64,000 nucleotides of DNA from Diplonema japonicum (lineage: Eukaryota; Protista; Euglenozoa: Diplonemea), in assembly GCA_964019335.1 (NCBI GenBank), contig OZ025663.1:248001-312000 (forward strand), in the 5' to 3' direction. The notes under the pieces are model-generated. The model ran no database searches and was not told the origin of the DNA. It worked only from the letters and a program-made list of their open reading frames with translations. Numbering within the stretch: position 1 is the first letter of the stretch; each line of letters begins with the position of its first letter. Positions 11,327-22,012 of this stretch are shown in pieces. The position numbers and the translations under genes were made by a program.

Positions 11327-11970
11327 CGTTGGCAACGACGGCAGCGTTTTGTGTTTTCGGGGGGTTTAGCTGTGGGGCGTTGCATGAGTCGGCACTGTAC
11401 ACAATGGGTACCAATTCACACCCTATTACATAGTATGATGGCACAATTAAAAAAAAAAAAAATACTAAATAAATAAAAAGTGGTACGGCAATTACTATAA
11501 CAGCGTCAAGCCTGCAGCTGCTGATCTTGCGGGTGCCGCCGAGCGTAGCGATCCTGACCACAGGGCCGTTGGGGGTCTTCGGTGCAGCGGCTGTCCTCCT
11601 GGCAGAGAGCTACACACGACACAACTTAAATGAACGATTCGAAAAACTTGACGAAAGACAAGCTCCTGTCAGTTCTGTCCGCCCCGAAGACCGGCACCTC
11701 TACTCCCTCTACCGGCGTGCCGTTCGCGAGCCTCAAACAACAGCACAGCAACAAACACAGAAACCCCACATAGACGACTTCCGAAATGAAGCTGGGCAGA
11801 TTGACAGGACTGCGTTCGCCAAGGCCTACTCCGAACATATATGGGGCCCCTTTAAGCTTGACATCTCCCAGTTCGTGACCGACTCGACGAAGCTGCCCGA
11901 GTACGACCCTCACAAAGAGATCGAGAAAATGAACAACATTGTGGAAAAATACCGGAACAAAGATGAATGA
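11120..11970 (+). CDS. Hypothetical membrane protein; join(11120..11284,11323..11432,11481..11970)
   Basis: Removing two GT-AG A-rich introns (38 and 48 nt) joins three frames into one stop-free ORF with hydrophobic segments. Confidence 0.7.
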
Positions 11971-12107
11971 TAGAATGAGAAAAAGAAAATGATATCAAAA
12001 AAAAAAAAAAAAAAAAAAAAAGTGCTATCCCTATCTCATTCTTTTCTGTTCTCTTTTGTGCCGGGTTACTAAAAACATTAAAAAAAAAAGGGGGAGGGGG
12101 AGGGAAT

Positions 12108-14657
12108 ATGGCAGCCCTCCCAGCTGCCCAGGGGGGCATCCCCCCTGCATGTGGTCTACTCATTGTCGATCACGGCAGTAGGCGGTCCAACAGTAACGAG
12201 CAGCTAGTCGCCATCCGCGACATGGTACGGTCTCTCACGAAGTCCGACCCCCGCGTGCAAGACGTTGCCCATGCGCACATGGAGATCGCAGACCCCTCCA
12301 TCGAGGAGACGGTGGCAAGGCTGAAGCGTAAAGGTGCTAAGAACATCCACGTCCTCCCTTACTTCCTCTCAAGAGGCAGGCACGTCGCTGTCGATATCCC
12401 GAGCCTCGTGAAGGCTGCGTGCAAGAAGTACGCCGTCCCGTATAAGATCGCACCCGCACTGGGGCCGCATCCCGACTTGTCCCAGCTTCTCCTGACGCGT
12501 GCAAATGCAAGGAGCGGCACCCCCCTCATCGTCGTCGACCATGGCAGCAAACGTCCGCAGAGTAACAAGCAGCTCTTATCCGTTGTGGACGGCGTCCGTC
12601 GGCTTGTCCTCGGGCGCAACAAGGTGCACCACGCGCACATGGAGATCGCGCCCCCGTCTATCGAGGACAGCGTGCGGAAAATCGCGCGGGGCGGCGGGAA
12701 ATCTGTACACGTTTTGCCTTACTTCCTAAGCCCCGGACGGCACACTACAACAGATATCCCCGCCCTTGTGAAGGCAAGTGCTGTGAAGTATAACCTTCAC
12801 CACACAATGTCCCCTCCCCTCGGCCCGCACCCCATTCTGGCCAGGCTCCTCCTCAAGCAAGCATTTCCCAACTACACACCACCCGCACTTAAAAAAGGCG
12901 ATTGGCGCTCCCGCCACGGTCCCGAATCAGCATACCCCACGCAGCCTAAAGAGCAGCGCATCCTGAGAACCCTTTTTCGTGAACTCACCGCTAAGCCCGC
13001 CGACAGCATGCGTATTGCAGTAGGCTTGACAGCCATGATCGCGTCAAAGGACCTGGGGGTGCGCAGCGCTGTGGCGCTAAGGGATGCGGTGGACAGTGTG
13101 AAGAAGGAGAACACGCCTGTGGAGCACTTGATGCGGTACATGGGATACAAGGTCGCAGCGTCGTTACTGCAAGAGTCGAAGGATTTAATTTTCGGCCCTG
13201 TGGCGCAGAGCGTGCGGAGACGGGTGATGCGGAAGGGGTACGAGAAGCTGCAGAGCTTGGACCATGAGTTCCTCTCGGCACGATCACATGGGTCGCTGAC
13301 GAGGGTGTTGCAGAGGGGGGAAAGGGCGCTGGACAGGGTGGGGGCTATTCTTGTATTTCAGTTCATACCGACATTCGTGGAGCTGCTAATGGTGAGCCGG
13401 GCTTTGAGGAGCGTGGGTCCGCAGTACGCAGCGCGCACACTAACAATGGCAGGGGTCTACGGGCTGTGGTCCGTCCCGTCTACACACTTCAGAGCGAAGT
13501 TCAAAAAGGTGATGAACCACTCCGAAGACCTTTCCGCGGTGCGTGCCACCGATGCACTGCAGAACCACGAGCTCGTGAAGCTTGAAGGAACCCGTCGTGA
13601 CGAGGTCAAGAAGTTCGATGCAGCACAGCAGCTGTACTCCACAGCCTCACTCAACCAGCAACGATGCCTTGCGGCAATCAGAACCGGCCAGAGACTCGTC
13701 TTCGCGGGTTCCCTGTCATCACTCATGGCCCTCGCAGCTACGGGCGTCACAACAGGCGACATCACCCTAGGGGATCTGCTGCTCACGAAGACCCTCATGA
13801 CGCAGCTCACAAGACCTATGGAGCTGCTGGGCGCATATTACAGAGAGCTTCAGTCGGGCATCGCGGATTTGAGACAGTTGTTCACATTTATCCGACAGCA
13901 GCCGAGCATCGTGGACGGTCCGTTGAAAGACCTTCCCGAAGGGAGCCCGGTGCTGAAGCTGAAGAATGTGAGTTATAAATACCCGAAGAACGAAGATAGG
14001 AGCTTGAAAAATGTTAGTTTGGAGTGCAAGGCGGGTGAAGTCATCGCTGTAGTGGGGGAGTCGGGGAGTGGGAAGACCACCCTGACAAGGCTGATCCCAC
14101 GGTTAGTGGACCCATGCGAGGGGAGCGTGGAGGTGAATGGGGTGGACGTGAAGCGAGTTGTTGTAGAAGGGTTGAGGAAGAAGATCAGTGTGATCCCCCA
14201 AGGGAACACCTACATGAGGGACACGATACGTAACAACATCTGCTACGGGTTGGGAGAACAGAACAATGAAACACTTCTCGCCGCTGTCAAGAAAGCTGCC
14301 CTCGAGCCCGTCATTAAAAAAACCGGCCTGAGCGAGAACATGATGTCCCTTTCAGGAGGGGAACGACAGCGTGTCGCGCTCGCGCGCTCCTTCCTTAAAA
14401 ACGCTCCTTTGGTCGTTCTGGACGAGCCGACCTCTTCTCTCGACAAGCCCTCCACGGCAAAGGTGTTTTCCTCCCTCCTTAACGCACGGTCCGCCAACAA
14501 GGCGACCGTCATCATCGCGCACCACCTCCCAAACCCGCATCTCCTTACGAGAATTTACGTGTTGAAAAAGGGCCGCATCATCGCTGAAGGGACCCACGCA
14601 CATCTAATGAAGACATGCGAGCATTACAAACAACTAAGGTCGTTGAGCCTGACATAA
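12108..14657 (+). CDS. Tandem CbiX/SirB-type chelatase domains fused to an ATM1/ABCB7-like ABC half-transporter
   Basis: Two repeats of VDHGS..SN / AHMEIA.PSI / VLPYFLS.GRH..DIP / LGPHP. ATM1-like TMD (LTRVLQRG, F.PTFVE, DALQNHELVK, QLTRPMELLG.YYRE). NBD with GESGSGKT, LSGGERQR, LDEPTSSLD and IAHH. Confidence 0.9.
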   Translation: MAALPAAQGGIPPACGLLIVDHGSRRSNSNEQLVAIRDMVRSLTKSDPRVQDVAHAHMEIADPSIEETVARLKRKGAKNIHVLPYFLSRGRHVAVDIPSLVKAACKKYAVPYKIAPALGPHPDLSQLLLTRANARSGTPLIVVDHGSKRPQSNKQLLSVVDGVRRLVLGRNKVHHAHMEIAPPSIEDSVRKIARGGGKSVHVLPYFLSPGRHTTTDIPALVKASAVKYNLHHTMSPPLGPHPILARLLLKQAFPNYTPPALKKGDWRSRHGPESAYPTQPKEQRILRTLFRELTAKPADSMRIAVGLTAMIASKDLGVRSAVALRDAVDSVKKENTPVEHLMRYMGYKVAASLLQESKDLIFGPVAQSVRRRVMRKGYEKLQSLDHEFLSARSHGSLTRVLQRGERALDRVGAILVFQFIPTFVELLMVSRALRSVGPQYAARTLTMAGVYGLWSVPSTHFRAKFKKVMNHSEDLSAVRATDALQNHELVKLEGTRRDEVKKFDAAQQLYSTASLNQQRCLAAIRTGQRLVFAGSLSSLMALAATGVTTGDITLGDLLLTKTLMTQLTRPMELLGAYYRELQSGIADLRQLFTFIRQQPSIVDGPLKDLPEGSPVLKLKNVSYKYPKNEDRSLKNVSLECKAGEVIAVVGESGSGKTTLTRLIPRLVDPCEGSVEVNGVDVKRVVVEGLRKKISVIPQGNTYMRDTIRNNICYGLGEQNNETLLAAVKKAALEPVIKKTGLSENMMSLSGGERQRVALARSFLKNAPLVVLDEPTSSLDKPSTAKVFSSLLNARSANKATVIIAHHLPNPHLLTRIYVLKKGRIIAEGTHAHLMKTCEHYKQLRSLSLT

Positions 14658-14751
14658 GAAAGCAAGTCTTATTTTTTTTTTTCCCCCCCGCCCCTCCCTC
14701 TCCTTATTTCCCAGTCATATACAAATACAGTACAAAGGAGTGGACCGATTC

Positions 14752-16602
14752 ATGGGATGCTGTGCATCTACCAGCCTCGAAGGGGACTGGGAGTCGGAGG
14801 AGGATGAGGTCGGGAGGTTGATAAAGGATCGTGACGCGTCTGGAAACCCTATCAAAATAGGACTGTATCTAGAAGCAGTGGGCCTGCTATGGGGAGAGGG
14901 CGTGTCAAAGCTCGACTGCTTCGCTGTAGTCTTCGATGTGGTTGACGGGAAGGAGTCCATTGTAGGCCGAACAGAGACGAAGTACGACACGAAAAACCCT
15001 TCATGGGAAAACCCGGTTCAAATAGTGTACAAGTTCGAGGAGGTGCAGAACCTCATTGTCAGGATCTACGACGAGCAATCAAAAATCGGAGTTCTGTCCG
15101 ACCAGGTGTTCATCGGCGAGTTTGAAACAGAAGTAGCTACCATTTGGAACGAAACCCCGTGTGAAGAGGACATTGTGAATACATCTGAAAACCGATTAAT
15201 CGGGACTGCACGGATAACCGCGGAAGAGGTTCGACCAGAAGCCGTTCCGGAAGAACTAGTTGCTGACTTCCGAGCTGTTAACCTAGACAGTTCCATCGTT
15301 GGAACGTGCACGCCGTTCCTGGCCATCTCGAGGGTTATCGACCAAGAACTCGTTCCAATTGCTCGAACCGAGCACCGTCCGATAACCGAGAAAAAATCCA
15401 AAAAAGAAGCGTCCATCGTCGAGTGGTCATCGCTGCACGTTAAAGTCGATCGGCTATGCAAAGGCGACTACCACGCTTTGTTAGTCATTGAAGTCTACAA
15501 CTACGGCAGCAACAGGCATCATTTAATAGGGTCGTGCCGGACAACACTGTCTGAACTGTTGTCAAAGGGATACACAGAATACGAGCTTGTAAATGTGATA
15601 CGGCAGATCAACCCTGAATACAAAAACAGCGGTATTTTAAAAGTCGATTCTGTTCGTGTTGAAAAATGCCATTCTTTTCTAGACTTTGTGCGTGGGGGTT
15701 TCGACATCAACCTCACCGTAGCCATCGACTTCACATTGTCAAACAAAGATTTCGACAATGAAAAATCGCTTCATTACAGACGATCGACAAACAAGACGAA
15801 TGAATACATGTCCGCAATCCAAGCCGTGGGAAGCGTGATGTGTTGTTACGACCGGGATCAACAGTTCCCCGTGTACGGGTTTGGGGCTAGGTTACCTCCC
15901 AACCGAAAGATTTCTCATTGCTTCCCTTGCACGATGATGCCCAACAGCGTCGAAGTGTCCGGTCTAGACGGCATCGCAGAAATATACTGGTCCTGTTTGA
16001 AAGAAGTCGATCCAATTGAACCGACAAACATGGCTCCTGTTATACGGGAGGTCAACAATGTCGCCAAGCAGAAAATGGAACAAGGCGAGCTATCCTATCA
16101 GGTGTTGTTGATTATTACAGATGGTGCAATATCGGATATGAGGCAGACGGTGGATTCGATAGTGCAGGCCTCTCATCAGCCAGTGTCGATTCTGATCGTA
16201 GGGGTGGGGAATGGTGACGATTTTTCCAAGATGGACATCCTTGATGCTGATAATGTTCCTCTGGTAAGTTCGGACAACGAGATTATGAAGAGGGACATCG
16301 TGGGATTTGTTCCGTTTAAAAATTATAAAGATATGGATCCTGATGTTCTTGCGAGAGAGTGTCTTAAAGAAATCCCGAGGCAGTTTACAACTTGGACTCG
16401 GCAGAATAGAATACAACTGCCTGAACGCGCGCCAGAGAGGGAGAGTCGAAACCAGAAATTGAAAAAAGCTGAGAGAGAGGAGCGGAGGATGACCCGGCAC
16501 ATGACGAGCGACAACATCGACGGTCTACCCGAACAGGAGATTCTTCAGATGCGTTCGAAAAAATCCTTCAAGGAAAAGATTCAGGAGAAGATTGGGGGGA
16601 AG

Positions 16603-16640
<38 letters not shown>

Positions 16641-16869
16641 GCAGCAACAGCCATCTTTGACGGACGATTTGAGCAGCAGTCTCAGCGCACCGCTGTCTAA
16701 ACCATTGCTTGAGGAGCATCAGAAGAACCTCCCGCCTTTATCGCAGCCCTTGACATCTTCTAAAACAACCACCTCGACTGCACTGTTTAACAGCAGGCCT
16801 AACCTTAGCGAGCTTTCGTCGCCTGTACCTTTCCCTGTCCCTTCGGACGTCAATTACCAGTTGCTTTGA
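14752..16869 (+). CDS. Copine (2x C2 + vWA domain), MGCC acylation motif, poly-Q tail
   Basis: Motifs SFLDFVRGG, VAIDFTLSN, SLHY, FPVYGFGA, PTNMAPVI, LLIITDG, SILIVGVG, LDAD and RDIV.FV. Confidence 0.92.
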
Positions 16870-16961
16870 TTTTTTTTATTTTTTATTTATTTTTTTTTTT
16901 TTTTGCTGGAAACAAGTATACAAACTTTTGAAACGGGCTTGCACAAAACAACAAATCAGTT

Positions 16962-17004
<43 letters not shown>

Positions 17005-17063
17005 CTTCTTCTTTTCTTGATAGATTGCATTTCCCCCCTTCCTCTTTCACTCCGTACAATATC

Positions 17064-17096
<33 letters not shown>

Positions 17097-17098
<2 letters not shown>

Positions 17099-19440
17099 TC
17101 GTTAGATCACAGACCTATTACTGTATCGAGCGCATTCTATCGGCTCTGGGCTGGCGCACGACTACCAGCCATCCTCGAATGGCAAGAGGAGTGGATTACT
17201 CCGCTCCAATTCGGCTTCAGACCGGAACACAGCACAGATGACCTCATCGCGAAGGTCTGCACCAGTGTGGAGTTGGCAAAAGTATCTGGCAACCACCTTT
17301 GGGGTCTCTCGGTCGACTTCAAGAAATGCTTTGACTCTGTCCCCCACGCACTCACGTTCGAACTGGTCAATCGGTTAGGCCTAAGCCAGCTCATCCTGAG
17401 ACCGATCAAGGCCATCTACTCTGACCTAATCCGCCGCCTACGCTTCCCCGTGGGAGTAGGTGCTCCATTCCGAACCACGAATGGAATACTCCAGGGATGC
17501 CCGATCTCGCCCGTTTTCATCAACGCAATCCTTGCCATCTTCACCAAGAAATGTACGGCAAATCCAAGAAACGCACACCCAGTGTCATATGCAGACGACC
17601 TTAACTTCACGTCAATTACCTCGGAGGCCGCGGTTCAGCGTTCCGTAAATCTACTAGGCAGCCTTTGCAAGCTCACGGGGATGACCGTACACCCGAAGAA
17701 GACCAGGTCATTTGGAACGAAACCCAAATACCGGGGGAATGTGAAGTTGAACGGAGAGACCTTTGCCACGACCAGTAGTCTGCAAATCTTAGGGGTACAA
17801 ATCTACTTCCAGCCGAGCAGGAGGGATAACTCGAGGGTCCACAAAGCCCTGGCCGAAATAGAACGCCTCGCCTCAACTAGGCTATACCACGATCGCAAGG
17901 TACGGATCATCGCAGAGAACATCCTGCCATCCGCCTTCTACGGCATCCTGTTCGACCCGATCCCGGACTCTTGGCTGGAGAAATTGAAGAAGCGGATCAC
18001 TCTTTGCGTCTGGGGTGCCCGCAACCCAATGCGCTCCTCCAGCGCCCTATTGCCCATAAGGGACACACCCTGGACCCGTAATCTACTGCGATCTACAAGG
18101 CCATCTCTACTCTGGGACGACTTTGCACACGACATTCGAACAAGTCCCTTTTCATATCATGCTGGGAAGCGTACAGGAGAGCAAGGGATCAAGGCTCTCC
18201 ATCATTTCCGATGGGACCATTTGCCAATGCAGACCTATGGCTCCGAGAAATAGGGTCAAGGTGGAAGGACTTCCAGACGAAGATACTACCGCAAGGCAAA
18301 CAGCTCCTGAAACACGAGATCAGGACGCTGCTGAAAGCCAAACTACGTGAGGATCTGGCCGAAGAGCGAGACACCTACCAGGGGGTCGAAACAGGCATTG
18401 ACGAGGAGAAAACGAACTTCCTCCACAACGAGGTGACGACCACCAACCCACAGAAAGCAAGGAGGATACTTTGTGCCATTGCGGGCGCGATGCTTCCCCT
18501 ACACCCCAGAGCTTACGGCGACATGAACGGCTCACATACGAAATGCCTGGGGTGTGGCACACCATATAACATTGGGAACGGGACCAGCTCCCTACTACAA
18601 CATACGATCTGGCAATGCCCAGCGCACGCCGACTGCAGAACGACCAACACTGACCGCATTCGGCTGGTGCAAGACCACGTCAGCTGGCCAAGCTGCGCCC
18701 GACTACACGGCATTATTACCTCTGATATGGACATAAGCCTGACAAGTGTCAAGGAACTACACCTGATGTTTGCGGAAATTGCGGGGAAACTCGAGAGCCT
18801 GCACACCGAGAAGCAGGTCAGATACGACAATCTGCACTTCTGGAAAAGACCATTCCAACCGGGAAACCTATTAGAACCGAAACCCCTCATTTGGTATCAC
18901 AAGCACGGGCTGGGGAAGAAGTACTTCCCGGGGCTGATCCCGTTTGTCCTCAAATGGCTGAGTGCCCTGAAATGGGGCAAGGATGGAGGGCAAGTGTCCA
19001 AGGCGGAGCTTGCTGTCGACTTCATAGCAACGGAGAGAATCCATATGGGTGGTGAAGACCTGGCATGCTGGGCTAGGAAAATCGGAAGAATCCTCAACGT
19101 CCTGGACAGGGCACACAGAACAGGAACGGGGAATCACCTGATTCCAGCAGAAACTAAGAAGTCAGTACACTCACTGCGTACCCTGGGGCTCCACAGCCAT
19201 TCCATCATTGGATACTCCACTCGTCCGGTCTTCGCGTCCCCGAAGGCAACCCACCCGATCCTAGAGGAGCAACTGCGAACGCATTGCATCCTCAACAACT
19301 CGCTAGTCGGTTTCACGCCCAAGCTGCTGATGAGATACTACGACGGGCCTAAGGCACTACCACGACAGAAGGGATCAAACACTAGATGAGTTGATTGTCG
19401 TTAGGCGATCCTGTCACATACTGCAGGTTCCCCTTCAAAG
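17097..19440 (+). mobile_element. 5'-truncated non-LTR retrotransposon: RT domain, CCHC-like finger and C-terminal domain, with frameshift
   Basis: RT motifs RPITV.S.FYRLW, QFGFR, DFKKCFDSV, GILQGCPISP and YADDL (frame of 17267-18253). Frameshift around 18050-18250. CLGC...QHTIWQC in ORF 18211-19389. Confidence 0.9.
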
Positions 19441-19829
19441 ACATCTTTTTTTTTTTTTTTTTTGCCAAACAATAGGGGTGGGGGAACAATAGGGGGAACG
19501 TTATGGACTTCTCCAGGTTTCTCCCCCCCCCCCCCCCGCACGAATAAAATTACGGCCGGTTCTTTTTTTTGTGGTGAACCGTTGCTAACCACTTCGTTTC
19601 CTATCATAGTGAATTCTTCTTTTCTTTGGTGGTTGTTTGTTGTTAGTACGATTATTCTGTTCCTTGAAAGAGAATAGAAAGAAAGGGGGAAAAAAAAAAG
19701 AACTGGCAGGAGGGAGAGAGAAAGAAGGAGAGAGGAGCAGCCTTTTTTTTTTGTTGCTATTGTTGTTGTTACTTTCTTTGTTTCTCCTCAAATACCCCCC
19801 CCCCCCCCCCCCCCCCCAGGCAAAGCTGT

Positions 19830-20050
19830 GAAACGATACGCGTTTTCGCATCATTTTCGCAAATTTTCGCAGTGCGGAAATATGCGAAAACAGTACAAAC
19901 TAGGTGAAAACTATCACTGCTCCCGTCGTCCTTCCTGTCCTCGACCTTCCTCAAAAAACCAAAGGATCACACTGCGAAAATATGATGCGAAAACCCGATT
20001 CGCATCGCTACTATGCCAAGGGGGTCACATGGTAGCAAAATGAGTTTTTT
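19830..20050 (+). mobile_element. Small IR-bounded element with 3' hairpin (HINE/MITE-like, family D)
   Basis: GTTTTCGCATCAT (19842-19854) is inverted at 19982-19994, with internal TTTTCGCA/TGCGAAAA repeats. Hairpin GCTACTATG...CATGGTAGC at 20007-20036. Confidence 0.5.
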
Positions 20051-20057
20051 CAATTTC

Positions 20058-20425
20058 GCCAGTCAAGGAGTGGTCCTTTATCATCGCCTTGCGAGGGGAA
20101 GCGAATGTACCACATACGGTAAGGCAGGTGATCAGGCCTGCGATTGCGAAGGAATTGATAAAGAGGAGGACATCTTTTGCTGGAATGGAGACCGGTGCGT
20201 GTCCGTCCACGAACGGTTGGTGGAAGAGCCTCCAGGCGAGGAAGCCCCTGATCGCCTTCAGGATGAGACGGGCCATTAGCGGAGCACGACTCCATGTAAT
20301 GTTCCTCGCCCAGATGCCGTCCATCTCATCGCGACAAACAGCCACCGCAGGCACCAGACAGCAACCGCAGAACGGTGACCGATTAGTGTGCATTTCTTCT
20401 TGAACAGTGAGCACCCCCATGCACA
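20058..20425 (+). mobile_element. Third fragment of the same retrotransposon family (post-RT region)
   Basis: HTVRQVIRPAIAKELIKRRTSFAGMETG...RRAISGA aligns with HEIRTLLKAKLREDLAEERDTYQGVETG...LCAIAGA at about 18310-18490. Confidence 0.65.
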
Positions 20426-20527
20426 CTGAAACTTTATCGAATTTTTTTTTTTACCTTAGAAAAAACTTTCTTTAGAAACTTTTTTTTTTTCTTCCACTTT
20501 TACCTACGTTTTTATTGTCACCAAAAA

Positions 20528-21202
20528 TAGCTATTTACTGCCAACAAGTAATGACTTTACCGTTACTTCGAGGTCGGTAAAGCATTACTTGGCGGTAGGT
20601 AAGTGGTTTTATTTCACGACACTCTGAAATTACTTCACCACGAGGGGCACAACGGGGTGACAAGGGGTACAACAAGAGAGGGGTTACAAAGGTTACAATA
20701 CAAGTTGTTTTCCCTCCTTTTGTTGACTAAGAGCTGCCGCTGTCGCTGTCATTGCCATTGTCACCATCTCTAATCAGGCCTTCCCATACCTGGCGCGGCC
20801 GCTGGCTCCTTTTTTTCTGCTGCTTTGGTATTTTGAAGTCTTTTGGGGAGCTTGGGTAAGCTGACCAACCTTACCCACAGAAGAGTTACCCACATAAACT
20901 GGGAAAAAGGCCTAGCCAAAAGTGGGCAAATTGGGAGGAAAAAGTAGCCCAACTTGGAACTTGGAGCCGAGGCAAAAGTTGGCCAATTGAACTGAACCTG
21001 GGGGGAAACTAGCAAACTGAGAGGAAAAAGTAGCCCCACTGGGAACCGAACCGAGGCAAAAATTGGCCTACCGAGGCATATTATTTACCGGAAACCCCTA
21101 TTACTTCACGGAAAACAGGCCATTATTTCACCGTGAAGTAATGAGATTTAGCGTGAAGTAATGGACCCCCCAGTGCGTGAAGTAATTTCTGAAGAGTGAA
21201 AT
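20528..21202 (-). mobile_element. HINE-like family A, copy 2
   Basis: Near-identical to 6696-7377. Confidence 0.7.
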
Positions 21203-21245
21203 ATAAAAAAAAAAAAAATGTTTTATTTGCTCCTGGGAACTCGAT

Positions 21246-21278
<33 letters not shown>

Positions 21279-21397
21279 TTCTTTCTCTTTTTTAGAAAGA
21301 ACTGGCCCAAAAGGGGGTGAGGATGAAATTTCGAAAAATAAGGGGGGAATCCTTATTAATTTACGGTATGGGCTGAGGGAGAAAACACTGAACTTTT

Positions 21398-21398
<1 letters not shown>

Positions 21399-21444
<46 letters not shown>

Positions 21445-21458
21445 GCTGTTGTTGTTGT
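21399..21458. repeat. (GTT)n microsatellite
   Basis: About 20 tandem GTT units. Confidence 0.95.
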
Positions 21459-21697
21459 CCATCGACTTTTTTTTTTTTTTTCATTCTTTTTTTTTTTTTC
21501 AATAAATAAATATACTAAAAAGAAAGAGGGAAAAAAGAAGAAAAAAAAATACAAAATTATTTTCCATTTCTTTTTCTTTTTTTATTTTCCGGTCCGGTCT
21601 TCTTCATTTTTTGTCCTCTTTGCTACACTTTTACTTTAACGCACACCAGGTGTTGGGTTGGTTGTGTAACAACAAACACACCCTTTTTTTTAAAAAT

Positions 21698-22012
21698 ATG
21701 ACGAACGTCTTTGAGATTCGGCGAGAACAGGATCTAGAGGCGCTGCGGGATGGCATAAAGCGAGAAGTGGAAAAGGTGATCAAGCTGCTGAAAGCAAACA
21801 ACAGACAAGCAGCGCGGGAGAGCTTAAAAAGAAAGAAGCTGATGGAGCTAGCGCTGGACAAGGGCCTTCGCACCTTTAAACAACTAACCACCACCTCCGA
21901 ACCCGCTGCCACGTGGGCCCTTGCTGATGTGGCACCTACCTTTTCGTCAACAATGCTTGCGACTTGTGCTTTGTTCGCACTTATACCGCTTGTTGCTGCA
22001 GTTAAGAAGTGA
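21698..22012 (+). CDS. Small protein with an ESCRT-III (Snf7/Vps20)-like helical hairpin and hydrophobic C-tail
   Basis: REVEKVIKLLKANNRQAARESLKRKKLMELALDK resembles the Snf7-family N-terminal signature. C-terminal MLATCALFALIPLVAAV-KK. Confidence 0.5.
   Translation: MTNVFEIRREQDLEALRDGIKREVEKVIKLLKANNRQAARESLKRKKLMELALDKGLRTFKQLTTTSEPAATWALADVAPTFSSTMLATCALFALIPLVAAVKK

Noticed and set aside
16602-16650. Poly-Q CAG/CAA tracts (also 31182-31216 and 62753-62801)
   Set aside because: Ordinary coding microsatellites in low-complexity regions.
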